Source: Mobula hypostoma (Eukaryota). From it: 64,000 nt of DNA. Where the stretch lies: NCBI RefSeq assembly GCF_963921235.1, contig NC_086108.1, forward strand, positions 57,042,001 through 57,106,000, in the 5' to 3' direction. This document shows positions 10,980 through 24,165 of this stretch, in pieces (the first letter of the stretch is position 1; each line of letters begins with the position of its first letter). The notes beneath the pieces are model-generated. The model was not told the origin of the DNA and did not search any database. It was given only the letters and a program-made list of their open reading frames with translations. The translations under genes and the position numbers were made by a program.

Positions 10980-13900
10980 GCTACTTACAATGACATCAGA
11001 CCCAGGCAATGAACAAACGACGATGAGGAAGCAGTGTGCATGTGGCAAAATCTGCAAGAACGATTGCGGCTTGAAGATCCACCAAGTGAGGATGAAGTGT
11101 TTGGCGGGAGCAAGAGCAGCACAACGCGCAGGAGTCCAACCTGGTGAGATGAAGGAGGTGCCAGGCCCGGAGTCACCCCATAGTGCCCGGAACCTCCAAG
11201 TGTTGCAAACTAATCCCTCTAACATGAAGTCTAACAGGAGGCGGATCAAATGGCCTGCAGCTAACATGACTTCACTGTGGAAGCAGTTTGATGAAGATGT
11301 TAACCAAATTCTGGAGGCAACGGCGAAGGGAGGGGTTGATAGGTAGCTGCAAGCCATGACAACAATTATTGTCAGTATCGCAGCTGAACGGTTCGGAGAA
11401 GAGGAGAAGGAAGGCTCCAAAATATCTTACTTGAAGAACCAAAGAGCATTGAGGATCCACAACATCAGGCAGGAGATGAAAGCGCTTAAGTCCCAATACA
11501 AGGAGGCAGGAGAAGAGGAGCGCATTGGCTTGGCCCAGCTGATGTGCATACTACGAAAGAAGATCGGGGTCCTCCGCCGGGAAGAGTGGCATCGGAGGCG
11601 GCATCGTGAAAGGGCCCGAAAACGTGCTGCCTTTATCGCCAATGCCTTCAAGTTCACCAAGGAGTTGCTGGGGGAGAAGCGCAGTGGGAAACTGGCCTGT
11701 TCGCAGGAAGACATAGACCAAATCTGAAGAAGATATATAATGATCCTGAAAGAGAGCAGGAGTTGGAAGAGTGCGACATCCTAAAAGACCCACCTGAACC
11801 GGATGTGCAGTTCGACATGTCAGAGCTGCAACTAAAGGAAGTCAGAGAGGTCGTCCGCAAAGCAAGGGCAAGCTCGGCTCCAGGACCAAGCAACACCTCG
11901 TACAAAGTGTACAAGAACTGCCCCAAACTCCTGCTGCGTCTGTGGAAGGTCCTGAGAATCTTCTGGAGAAGGGGGAAGATCCCAGAACAGTGGAGAGTGG
12001 CTGAAAGAGTGTGGATCCCGAAGGAGGAAAATGCCACCCAGATAGATCAGTTTCGCATCATCTCCCTGCTGTGTGTCGAGGCGAAGATCTTCTTCAGTGC
12101 AGTTTCTAACCGGATGTGCACCTAGCAAAGAACACCTATATTGATACATCAGACCAGAAGGGTGGCATTTCAGGGATGCCGGGCTGTCTGGAGCACATCA
12201 GTGTGGTGACACAGCACATCAGGGAGGCCAGAGAGAACAAGGGCAACCTGTCAGTGTTGTGGCTCGACCTGGCAAATGCAATGGCTCCATTCCGCACAAG
12301 CTGGTGCAGCTCACACTGACCAAATACCACGGCCCCAGCAGAATCAGAGACCTTATCGTTGATTATTACAGCAACTTCAGGATGAGGGTCTCTTCAGGAG
12401 CAATTACATCAACCTGGCACAAGGTGGAGATCGGCATCATCACAGGGTGCACTATCTCAGTGACACTGTTCTCCCTAGCCATGAACATGCTCACTAAGTC
12501 TGCTGAACCAGAGTGCAGAGGGCCCAGAATGAATTCCACTCAACGGCAACCACCTATCAGGGCATTCATGGATGACCTCACAGTCACCATAGAATCAGTC
12601 CCAGGCTGCCAGAGGATTCTGCAAGGGCTCGAAAAGCTGGTGGAGTGGGCCCGGATACATTTCAAACCTGCCAAATCAAGATCGATGGTGCTGAGGAAAG
12701 GGAAGGTGGAGAACAAGTTCTGGTTCAGCATCGCAGGTACAGCCATCCCAACCATCACAGAAAAGCCAGTCAGGAGCTTAGGCAAAGTTTTTGACAGCTC
12801 TTTAAGGGACACAACATCCATTCAGGCAACCTGCAGCGAGTTGGATGGCTGGCTGAAATCTGTGGACAAGTCTGGCCTACCTGAGAAGTTTAAAGCCTGG
12901 ATGTATCAGCATGGCATTCTTCCCAGAATCCTGCGGCTCCTCCTCGTTGATGCAGTTCCGATCTCGACAGTCGAAACCTTAGAGAGGGTTAGCAACCACC
13001 TCAGGAGATGGCTGGGGCTGCCAAAGAGCCTGAGCAGAATCGCACTCTATGGACACAACAAACTGCAACTGTCCTTCAAATCCTTGGAGGAAGAATTCAA
13101 GGTAATAAAAGCCAGAGAAGTGCTACAGTATAGGGACTCAAGTGACCCGAAGGTGGCTACAGCAGGGATCCAAGTAAGTACTGGCAGGAAGTGGAGGGCA
13201 GAGGAAGCTGTTCAGGAGGCAGAGACGAGGCTGCATCACAGGAGGCTGGTGGGAGTGGTCACATGAGGCCGAGCTGGGCTAGGATCCTTTCCAACTCCCC
13301 AAATGGACACCAGAGGGAAGGAAAGGCGTCGTCTAGTTCAGGAGGAGGTGAGAGCAGTAGTGGAGGAGATGAGAGCCTGCAAGGCGGTGGGAATGAAGCA
13401 ACAGGGAGCTTGGACAAGATGGGAGAATGTGGTTGAGAGAAAAGTGACCTGGGATGATCCTTGGAAAGCCGAACCACACCGCATCCAATTTCTCATCCAG
13501 GCAGTGCACGATGTGCTTCCAAGCCCATCAAACCTGCACACATGGGGAAAGGCAGAGTCATCTGCGTACCCACTGTGCTCCAAGCGAGGAACCCTGCAGC
13601 ACATCCTCAGCGGCTGTGCAAGGGCACTTGGTGAGGGACGTTACAAGTGGAGGCATAATCAGGTCCTGAAGACCATCGCTGAAGCCGTCAGCGCAGGAGT
13701 TGAGTGGGCGAAGCGGTCCCAACCCTCCAAGCAGACCATTGCCTTTGTCAGAGCTGGGGAGCAGCCAATACCTGCCAAAAGAACATCTGCAGGCATTCTG
13801 ACCTCTGCAAGGGACTGGCAGCTGTTGGTGGACCTCCAAGGGCAGCTGAAGTTCCCCAACCATATCGCAGCCACCACCCTGCGACCAGACATTGTCCTAG

Positions 13901-14370
13901 TGTCTGAGTCGACTAAGCAAGTGGTGCTGCTGGAGCTGACAGTCCCATGGTAAGATAGCTTGGAAGAGGCCTTTGAAAGGAAGCTCTCCAAGTACGCAGG
14001 ACTGGTCAGCAACTGTCAGCAGGCTGGATGGAGAGCGAGGTGTCTCCCAGTGGAGGTTGGTTGTAGGGGATCGTAGCCCGTTCTTTAGTTAGAGCCTTCA
14101 CCCACTTTGGGCACCGAGGGAGAGAGGAAGAGGAGAGCCATCCGCAGTACCACCGATGTGACAGAGAGTGTCTCAAGATGGCTGTGGCTCAAAAGAGGGG
14201 AGCCATGGAGTCATAAGTAGCTAGCCAACTGGACACAAGCTGGGGTCTGATCAGCCCCGGCTGGGTCACCTGGAGGATGTGGTATGATGTTGAAAGACCC
14301 GAAACACCCGATGATTCCAGGAACATCACTGAAGATGTGTCCAGAAGCATCAATAGATGTATATACACAG
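10980..14370 (+). mobile_element. HERO-like non-LTR retrotransposon (RT plus restriction-like endonuclease, R2 superfamily), disrupted
   Basis: Consecutive ORF pieces 10990-14220: N-terminal Zn motif CACGKICKNDCGLKIHQVRMKC, RT (SAPGP, FRIISLL, WLDLANA, GIITGCTIS, AFMDDL), knuckle remnant PLCSKRGTLQHILSGC, RLE motif RPDIVLVSESTKQVVLLELTVPW..EEAFERKLSKY. At least 3 frameshifts and 3 in-frame stops. Final stop at 14218-14220. Confidence 0.9.
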
Positions 14371-15309
14371 CTGGGAGATGATTTTGCTCTCTGTAATCTG
14401 TCTTTGTAAACCACCTTTTTTCTGGACACTGACATATTTAGTTTGAAGACTCACTTAGTCCAAAGAATTAATAATATGCCACAGATAATGGAATACAAAA
14501 AGTGTATAAATAATAGCTAACCCTTCTGTAAGAATAGCACAAACCATCCATTTAACAAAAATAGACTAAAATTCTCCAACTAAATTAACAACAATTACAC
14601 ATACTTTTAAAAGTCAGTGGTTTTCAGGTTTCACAGTTAGCAACTAATGTATCATTACCTTGATTAGTTCTCAGAACAACCAACACAATAACTATTACTA
14701 AAATTATAATAGCAATATAGTCTATTTCTGCAGTTGGTTTGACTATCCTGGCCTTAGGAAAAATATATTATTCCAACCACATTGAAGCCAAAACCGTGAT
14801 ACACAAAAGCAGCAAAGAAAGTAGACAACCATAGGAAATTGCAACTTAGATGATTGTCACAACAGCAAGCCTCAAGGAGAAACAACTGATCACTGAGCCT
14901 CCATAGGAGACACTGAAAAAACTAGCTTTCTCTCCATTGTTCTTCCAGTCCCCACCACAAGAAATGATTGACTTTAACCAGTAGAAACCAAAGGAATGAC
15001 CCTTCACCTGGTTAATGAGTGTTTTTATATCCAAGAATCACAGAACAGAGACAAATATTTTTCTGACTTGACAACAAAGGTCCCATTTCACAAATGTCAG
15101 GGGCAGTCATTATCGTGTGAAACTAATGACCATTCGTGGGACTTTCCCCTTCCTTAGACTCACAGAAACATTGGAAGTTCATAACTCCTAATGCACTGGA
15201 TTTTTAAACCATAGTTGAACCAAAGTAGTTGTGTGTACTTATTGTCTAGATGTGTAGCCTCACCAGCCAGAACTGGGTAGCAACTAAGCAGCTGGAAAAC
15301 TCTGACTTT

Positions 15310-16207
15310 GGCTACGTCCACACTAGACCGGATAATTTTGAAAACGCCGGTTTCGAGTAAAAACGACAGGCGTCCACACTATACGTTTTTCAAAATATCT
15401 CTGTCTACACCAAAATCGATATTTGGGTGAATCTACTCCTACTGCGCATGCACAGACACATCTACAGAAAACAAGCGAAGAGGAAACGGTATAATATTTA
15501 CGTTTCTGCAGCAGCATTGTGCTATTTCCATAGAATAAAACTACAGTACCAACAACAACAGCAAAAGAAAGTTTTCAACAATGTCTTCGAGGGATACAAA
15601 GAAAACCTCTGCTGGAAAAATCAGACTGGACTTCTTCGCTTAGACAGACAATGAAGTTGAGCTGTCTTTGCGAGTTACAAATGACTACAAAGTCAGCAAA
15701 GCAGTAGAGATGTTTAATTCCAAACAAACTATTAACGTAGACAATAAAATAAACAACACACGCATGTAGCCGTCCTTTACCCAAGATCAACAATAGATTG
15801 GAATCTTCTGCCGCCAGACCGGCACAGTATTTCTGACATTAATATTTTTAAAGATAGACTCAATCACATTAATTTAGGGGATCTAGTCAAAAAAGCTCAC
15901 CTTACAATTTAACTCTCACGCTGTTCACACCGACTGCGCGTTATAACAGCCGTCCGGCAGTGCTTGCGTAGTACCAAGCAGAAGCAGAAAAAGCATTGCT
16001 GTTGTGGTGTTGTCATGACAACGTGTTTAAATCTCTCCGTTTACCCCGTCCACACTACAACGCCAAACAATTGCATTCAAATTTACACACTCTGGAAAGT
16101 GTTTTCGAAAATCTCTGTTTTTGGGGGATGAAAACGCCATTTCAGTGTGGACAGGGCGTCAAAATGAAGAGAAAAAGCTTCGTTTTCAAAATTATCCGGC
16201 GTAGTGT
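15310..16207 (+). mobile_element. PIF/Harbinger deletion derivative, copy 1
   Basis: TIR ggctacgtccacactagaccggataattttgaaaacg; right TIR cgttttcaaaattatccggcgtagtgt is truncated. Remnant TDNEVELSLRVTNDYKVSKAVE at ~15643-15710 resembles a Harbinger Myb/SANT ORF N-terminus. Confidence 0.8.
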
Positions 16208-16619
16208 TTTGAATCAGACAGCATAAAATATACATTCCATACTGGCCTCAAACATGCAATAAAAAGATCAGAAAGCAAAATATATTTTTAAACCCTATAC
16301 AGTTTCAAGTATATTGTACTCTTATTCCCAATCCAATATCAAACTGGATGCCATGACAAGTTAATAGGTTAAAATTGGCAACAATAACTGTTTTAAGTAT
16401 ATGTTGTGGGAACAAACATAAGCACTTTATTACTTACTTCATCTGTGTTAATTTTCAAAATATTTTATTGCATTGCAGAAATGTAACCTACCACCTATAC
16501 TTACTTGGATTAGGAAAAAGAATTTTAGATAGAAATAAAGAAATCTACTTCCAATAAGACCATAGGACCATAAGACACGCAGCAAAATTAGGCATCCTAG
16601 AGCATAGCAATGGCTGTCT

Positions 16620-17040
16620 GAGATCACAAAAAAAACTGCAGAGTTGTGGACACATCTCAACAAGAAAACCAGCGGCCCCCTCCATAAACTGTCTATACTT
16701 TGCTGCATTAGTGAAAAAGCCAACATAATCAAAGACCTCACCCACACAGACATCCATCAAGGCAGAAGATCCAAAAATCAAGAACTTGGATCAAGGACAG
16801 CATCTATCCTGCTACTAGATGGTCCCTTTGTATGTTAAAATAGATTCCTAACCTTATAATAGCCTTGCACATTGTATGTCTGCACTTTCCCTGCAACTGT
16901 AACACTTCATTCTGCATTCTGTTATTGCTTCTCTCTCATATTACCTCCATGTACTGGCACAATGAAATGACCTATATGGATGGCATACAAAGCAAAGTTT
17001 TTTCACCACTCAGGTATATGTGATAACAATGAATCAATTT
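16620..17040 (+). mobile_element. Degenerate Rex1/Babar-type LINE 3' end
   Basis: AANIIKD-like remnant (aaagccaacataatcaaagac) followed by an AT-rich 3' UTR. Confidence 0.5.
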
Positions 17041-18214
17041 TCCGATTTGTGTTGAAAGACTATTTCTGAAATATGTATGGTCTTGGGAAATAGCTTTGCT
17101 TTGTTTTTACACAATGAGAGTCAATGACCTGGACATCGCTGTTTATAAAGGTGGAAGAACAGAGTTAAAAGAAAACTGGATAAGAATTTGAGGAAAATAC
17201 ACTTGCAGGACTACAGGGATACATCAGCGCAAATGGGATTGACTGGATTTGACAGAAACCCAGCAGAGACCTAACATCAAATGGATCACCTTGTTACAAC
17301 AAGCATACAACTTCTCAGCCTGGTATCAATCTAGAAAAACTTCCTCACATCTTCCAATATTTATTTCCTCTTTACGATATGGAGGCTTTAATGGATTTAA
17401 TCACTGTGGTATTATCATAGACTATATCCAAAATTTAACATAATTTCTATGCTTTAGTTCTACTCGTTCGTTCAGACATGAACACTCTCCCTATGCTCTG
17501 TATGTCCTATTTATGGCTTTATGTACTTTACTGATACTTTGTAACATGTACAAACGTTTGTACATTTGGAACAACAAACGGCTTCTTCTCCTCCACCTCA
17601 TTTAGAAACTTGTATGCTGTAATAAATACTTTAAGTACAGCCAGTTCATCAAAAAGCAACATTGTTTCGAGCCATGGCTAAAGAAGCCATGGGAATAAAC
17701 AGTAATGCTTGCTTGAGCCACCGATGAGTCTTAAATGATTCTGCTCAACAATTTACTGTAAAACTCTGGCATCTTGGAAGTCTGGTGGTGCCAGATTGAC
17801 AGGTTTATCACAATTAACTATTACTCATTAATAATGCACACTCCAACACTTTTTATTCACTTCTTAAAAACTTTTTATTCAATGACATAATAAATTTTCC
17901 AGGGGCTCAGTGCACTTAAAGGGAGTGTGGGAAAGGGGGCTCCGGTCATCGTATGTCAAACAAAGATCCAGTTACTTGGCTAGCAATGAAGAGATGATTC
18001 TGCAAAGATTCATAAAGTGACATAAAATGCACTGCATTTACTCAACAAGGCTACTTTACAAACTCAGCAAGATCAAATAGTGCACAAGCACACTGCCACT
18101 TTACTGCTACACAGTTTTGACTTGGAAGTATATGACTGTTCTTTTCCTATCTCTGGATATCACTGGACAGCAGTTCATTAACTTCAAGGGCAATAATTAC
18201 TCTGGACCCAACAT

Positions 18215-19135
18215 GAATTGAATTGACTTTATTTCTTACATCCTCCATATACAGGAGTAAAAATCTTTACATTATGTCTCCATCTAAATGTGCGATGTAT
18301 AGTAATTTATAATAAATAGTATGTACAACAGAATAGCCAATATAATAGAAATAGAGTTGAGGCAGCATGAATTAAGCAGTCTGATAGCCTGATGGAAGAA
18401 GCTGTCCCCGGAGTCTGTTGGGTCCTGGCTTTTATGTTGCAGTACCGTTTCCCAGATGGTAGCAGCTGGAACAGTTTGCAGTTAGATGACTCAGGTCACC
18501 AATGATCCTTTAGGCCCTTTTTACACACTTGTCTTTGTAAATGTCCTGAATAGTGGGAAGTTCACATCTACGGATGCGCTGGGCTGTCTGCACCACTCTC
18601 TGCAGAATCCTGCGATTGAGGGAAGTGTAACTCCCATACCATGCAGTGATACAGTCAGTCAGGATGCTCTCAACTGTGCCACTATAGAAAGTTCTTAGGA
18701 TTTGAGGGTCCATACCAAACTTCTTCAACTGCCTGCGGTGAAAGAGGCGCTGTCGTGCATTCATTTTTCTTCATATAGCTGGTATGTACAGACCACCTGA
18801 GATCCTCAGTGATGTTTACGCCAAGCAACTTAAAGCTGCTCACCCGCTCAACCCCAGATCCACTGATGTCAATAGAGGCTAGTCTGTCTCCATTCCTCTT
18901 GTAGTCCACAACCAGCTCCTTTGTTTTTGTGACATTGAAGAAGAGGTTGTTTACTTGACACTGCTGTGTCAGGGTGATGACTTCTTTTCTGTAGGCTGCC
19001 ACATTATTATTTGAGATTAGATCAATCAGTGTAGTGTCGTCAGCAAATTTAATTAGCAGATTGGAGCTGCGGGTGGTGGCAATCATGGGTATACAGAGAG
19101 TAAAGGAAGAGGTTTAGTACACAACTCTGAGGGAC
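18215..19135 (-). mobile_element. Rex1/Babar-type LINE, 5'-truncated
   Basis: IKFADDTTLIDLIS...KTKELVVDY and ARQRLFH..LKKFGM...GTVESILTDCITAWYG. The tail is (ATTCA)n-like at 18215-18225. Confidence 0.88.
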
Positions 19136-19243
19136 ACCAACCAAAACAGAAAATAAATAAAGTTCACCATGATTCAACTAATATTTCAACATCAAGCAAA
19201 ATTTGCCACCATCATTAATTATGAGCAAGCTACCACAGAAGTA

Positions 19244-20139
19244 CAGTGGATTCCGGTTAATTGGGCCATTGGTTAATCAGAGCAGCCATTTATTTGGGAC
19301 AACAGTCTTAAAAAAAACAAAAATTAAACAGAAAATAGCTGGGATTCCCTTTGCTTATTTGGGGCAACATGCGGTCTAATTGGGGAAGGAGACTGTTGCC
19401 GTCCAGTTTCTGACTAGCATCTGTTGCATGCACTTGCATGGCTGTCAAACACAACACACGCTTAGAGCAATCTGTTTTTAAACCGCATCAGTGTGTTAAA
19501 AAAGCAGTGATTTTTGTCACCGGTAGTACGCAAGAAATAAGCAGTAAGACAATTCTGAACTGTTTTGCTCACTGCTGTTTCAAGCATTCAGGCTTGGAGA
19601 TGTCAGAAACACCTGGGAGTGCAAATCAAATAATTTCACTATTTCAACGTTAGGAATTACGAGGGTATCAATAATTATTTTGAATATTACAATGAAAATG
19701 GAGACTTGGAAGTTGTAAATGTTGAAAAGATTGCATAAAGGCAGTCCATTATCTGCATGAGGTGCCTGTGTTGATTTTCTTCATTTACAGTCAAAAAAAC
19801 ACAGTAAATGGAAGAATTGGATCAGCCATGATTGAATGGCGGAGCAGACTCGACAGGCCGAATGGCCTACTTCTGCTCCTATATCTTATTGTCTTAAATG
19901 AATTCCTCTGTTGATAAGTATTAACTAATACACAGTTTTATAGTACTGTAGAGGTATTGTCAGTACCTGAATTTATGCTGTATTTTATTTAAATACATAA
20001 ATTGCTACTCAGTTAAACAGTAGTTTGTCTTTTCTATAACTTCTAACTATTTACATAAAAATTCAGCTAATTGGAGCAGTCACTTAATTGGGTCAAAACG
20101 TACTGGTCCCAATGTGCCCCAATTAATCATAATCCACTG
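19244..20139 (+). mobile_element. Tigger/pogo-like non-autonomous DNA transposon containing a short CR1 3'-tail insert (~19805-19895)
   Basis: TA-flanked TIRs cagtggattccggttaattggg / cccaattaatcataatccactg. Remnant EISSKTILNCFAHCCF resembles a pogo/Tigger transposase C-terminus. Confidence 0.8.
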
Positions 20140-20895
20140 TATTTTATTTGAAAAGCTTAGTGCTTTTCTCTCCCACAACTTTACAGCTCCATCCACTTTC
20201 TATTTCTCTTGTTGAAAGGTGTTCAATTGATCATCTGAACAAGGTGATAAATGAGCTCTCTCCCCCATTTCTCTATTGAGTCTTAGTATAGATGGAAAGA
20301 GAGTTGGGGAGAGGGGCTGTGGTGGCAATGAAGTGTTGAGGGAGGTGATGGAATTAATGGAGGTAACAGAAGGAAGACCATGAAAATGTGATCAGTGGTG
20401 AAATAGTTTGCATTTAGGTCAACCTGTCATTCAAATTCTGTTTGAATTGACTATGAAAAGGAGAGAGATTTATTTACTACCTCAAAATTTTAAACAGAAT
20501 TTTTCTGATAGTCCTGCGTTGTTTTAAAGTTGCTTTCAACAGACTCAACTATGATACTAAAATTTTCTCTGCATGGTTTACTCATTGAACAAAAAATGAA
20601 AAGGATAACATTCGTTCACAACCACCATTCAAAAAAAGTATATTTTCCTCATAGTGATGATAGCTTTCAAAACAAAAAGCATGCCACAATGAAACTATTA
20701 TTTCTTTCCATTTTATACAAATTAACCTGTCTCCTAGATACATGATCAAATTCCACCTGGAGCATTAATGAAGCTTGCATCACAACAACACAGCAAGTGG
20801 TGGCTCAGAGAGAAGATTAAACTTTCTCTGTTTGATCAACAGCACAAATGAGCTTTAAAGAACAAGTTCTGCCTTACTGATGGACTGCAATCTGA

Positions 20896-21909
20896 GGCTA
20901 CGTCCACACTATGCCGGATAATTTTGAAAACGCCGGTTTCGAGTAAAAACGACAGGCGTCCACATTAAGCGTTTTTCAAACCATCTCCCTCCACATTAGG
21001 CGGATATTTGGGCAAATCTCCTCCTACTGGGTATGCGCAGGACACACAGAAAACAAACGAAGAGGAAACGGTATACTTAGTGTGTTTTTGTCCAGTTACA
21101 GAGTAGAAAAACTTTAAAGGAATTGCTCTTGGCTCTCGTGCAGGAGGACTTAAAACTTAAAAAAAACAAATACCGGAGCGTATGGAGGCAACCGACAGGG
21201 AGTTCACAGACAGTATGACCCAGCTGACGATGAACATTGAAAAACTGATTAACTCTCTTGCATTAATAAAGCACCTTGTTAAATGTATAAAACGTCTGCA
21301 TCAGTGTTATCTTGTATTTCCATACAATGTTACATTAGGCTGTTACACATCTATTGTCAGAGAAGTACTTGCATAAATAGGTAAACCACCTTCATACAAG
21401 CAAGGACAGAAAACAGGGCGAAGTGAGTATACTTATTAATTCAGTAAGCTATGGGTCAAAGTATTTGGTGAGTACATTTCTAACCCTTCTGGCTTCAGTC
21501 TCGTCCGTCTGTTCTGAAATTGTTAGGTGGTGGCGTTCAAGAAAACAACGAACATCTGTTCCGGCACGTCATGACAGTGTTTTTAAATAGCCAAAAAAGC
21601 TCACTTTACAATTTAACTCTCACGCCGTTCACACCAACTGCGCGTTATAACAGCTTGTGCAGTACCAAGCAGAAGCAGAAAAAAGCATTGTTGTTGTGGT
21701 GTTGTTATGACAGCGTTTTTAAATCTCTCTGTTTACCCCGTACACACTATGCCGGATATTAAACGTTTTCAGATTTATTCACTCTGGAGAGTGTTTTCGA
21801 AAATCTCTGTTTTCGGTGGCTGAAAACGCCGGCTCAGTGTGGACGGGAGGGCAAAATGAAGAGAAAAAGCTTCGTTTTCAAAATTGTCCGGCGTAGTGTA
21901 GACGTACCC
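20896..21909 (+). mobile_element. PIF/Harbinger deletion derivative, copy 2
   Basis: Both TIRs present (ggctacgtccacacta / tagtgtagacgtaccc). 3-bp TSD TGA at 20893-95 and 21910-12. Remnant ERMEATDREFTDSMTQLTMNIEKL. Confidence 0.88.
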
Positions 21910-21984
21910 TGAGTATTTGCTATCAACACCTAATAAACAGTAATTTGGAGTCGAACATGCAGTTAGTACTTGTGTATTTAATAT

Positions 21985-22878
21985 TTCAAAGTTCACAGTT
22001 CAAAGTAAGTTTATTACCAAAGTGCATATATGTCACCATATACAACCCTGAAATTCATTTTCTAGTGGGCATACTCAATAAATCCATAATAGAATAATAA
22101 CCATAATAGAATCAATGAAAGACCGCACTAACTTGGGCATTCAACCAATGTGCCAAAGACAACAAACTGCAAATACAAAGAAAAAAAACAATAAATATCA
22201 AGAACATGAGATGAAGAGTGTTTGAAACTGAATCCATAGGTTGTAGGAACATTTCAATGATGGGACAAGTGAAGTTGAGTGAAATTATCCTCTTTGGTTC
22301 AAGAGCCTGATGGTGAGGGGTAATAACCGTTCCTGAACCTGGTGGTGTGTGTCCTGAGGCTCCAGCACTTCTTCATGATAGCAGCAGCAAGAAGAGAGCA
22401 TGTTCTGGGTGTTGGGAGTCCCTGATGACAGGTGCTGCTTTCCTGTGACGACATTTCATGTAGATGTGCTCAATGGTGGAGGGCCTGACCCATGATGGAC
22501 TGAGCAGTATCCACTAAGTTTTTGTAGGATTTTCTGTTGAAGGGCATTGGTACTTTCATACCAGGCTGTGATACAGCCAGTCAATATAGTCTCCACTACA
22601 CATCTATAGAAGTTTGTCAAAGTTTTAGATGTAATGCCGAATCTTCACAAACTCCTAAGTGGAGGCACTGTTGTGCTTTGTTTGTAATTGCATTGGTGTG
22701 CTGGGCCCAAAACAGGTCCTCAAATTAAAAGTTGCTGACCCTCTCTACCTCTGATCCTCCGATGAGGACTGGCTCATGGACCTCCAGTTTCCTCCTCCTG
22801 AAGTCAATAATCAGCTCCCTGGTTTTGCTGACATTAAGAGGTTGTTGTTATGGCACCACTCAGCCAGATTTTCAATTT
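21985..22878 (-). mobile_element. Rex1/Babar-type LINE 3' fragment
   Basis: Reverse-strand RT C-terminal remnants (TRELIIDFRR, RFRN motif in gttcctgaacctgg) and a ttcaaagttca-type tail. Confidence 0.7.
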
Positions 22879-23189
22879 CAGTAATATCTAAGTAATATTG
22901 TGAATATCTTGTTTGGATACACGTTCTTTGATGTTCAAATAATTCATTACAAGTTATCATGCCACTATGTGATACGTGCGTGCCTTGCTTAAAATAAAAC
23001 TGAAACTAGCAGGTTCTCCTTACCTCTGGCCTTTTTGCGATCAATTAGTTCTTATGTTTTGGAGTTACAAAACATAACAGTACTCAAGTAAAATTAAATC
23101 AGAATCTCAAAATTTACACTTATTCCAGCAATTTTAATATTACCTAGATTATGAAAATTAATGCAGAAGACAACAATCAAAGATGACTG

Positions 23190-24165
23190 CAATCATGCAA
23201 TCTTACGGGATTGACCATTAAAGCCATATGGATGGAATGTAGAAAGGATGGTCACTTTGATGGAATTACAATATAGGCTCCCCAATAGTTCGTGGGAATT
23301 GGAGGAACAAATATGCGAGAAGACTGCAGGAAGCAGTGAGACGGAAAGGGTTGTAATTGAATGTCATTTCAATATATTGACTTCAGCAGCCCAAAGGGTT
23401 TGGATCAGAGTAATTTTTTTAGTGTAATCAGGAAAGTTTTTCTTAAGCAATATATAGACAATGAGATTAAGGGGGAGGGGCAACACTGGATATCCAATTG
23501 GGAAATGCGCCTGGGCAAGTGACTTACATGTCAGTGGTGAAGCATTATGGTACCATAAGTCTTGGTTTTAAAATAGTTGTGGAAAAAAGATAGAAACGGT
23601 CCACCAATGAAAATGCTAAACTGAGACAAGGCAAAATTTGAAGGCAGCAACAGGAACTTGCAAAGGTTGATTAGGAGCCCTTAGCAGATAAAGCAACATT
23701 TGGCCAATGGGTGGCCTTTAATTAGAGACAGAGTCCAGGGACAGCACACCCCCATTAGAGTGGAAAGCAAGGCTGGCATACTGAGAACTTGTGGTAAATT
23801 CCGCCATTTCTTTCAGTGCCCTGGAATGCATTCCATCAGCACTAGGGGACTCGTCTATCTTCAGGCCCACTAGTTTGCTCAGCACTACCTCTTTAGTGAT
23901 AGTTATTGTACCAAGGTCCTCATCTATAATTATATCAATAACATTGCTCTTTGGCATGTTAAGTGTATCCTCCCTTGTGAAGACTGAGCAAAACAGTCAT
24001 TCAAAGCCATGGGCGTTTCTGTATTATCCAAAATTAATTTTTCCTTCACACCTTCCAAGTGGAGCCCTGATGACTAACACATCATTCTCATCAATCCTCT
24101 TCATTAAAAGGTGACAGGATAGTAGACATCATTTACATTGTCTTTAGCAAGACCTTTGATAAAAA
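23190..24165. mobile_element. Degenerate CR1 ORF2 fragments in mixed orientation
   Basis: Minus-strand ORF ITITKEVVLSKLVGLKIDESPSADGMHSRALKEMA lies between plus-strand EN- and RT-like remnants (tttagcaagacctttgataa). Confidence 0.6.
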
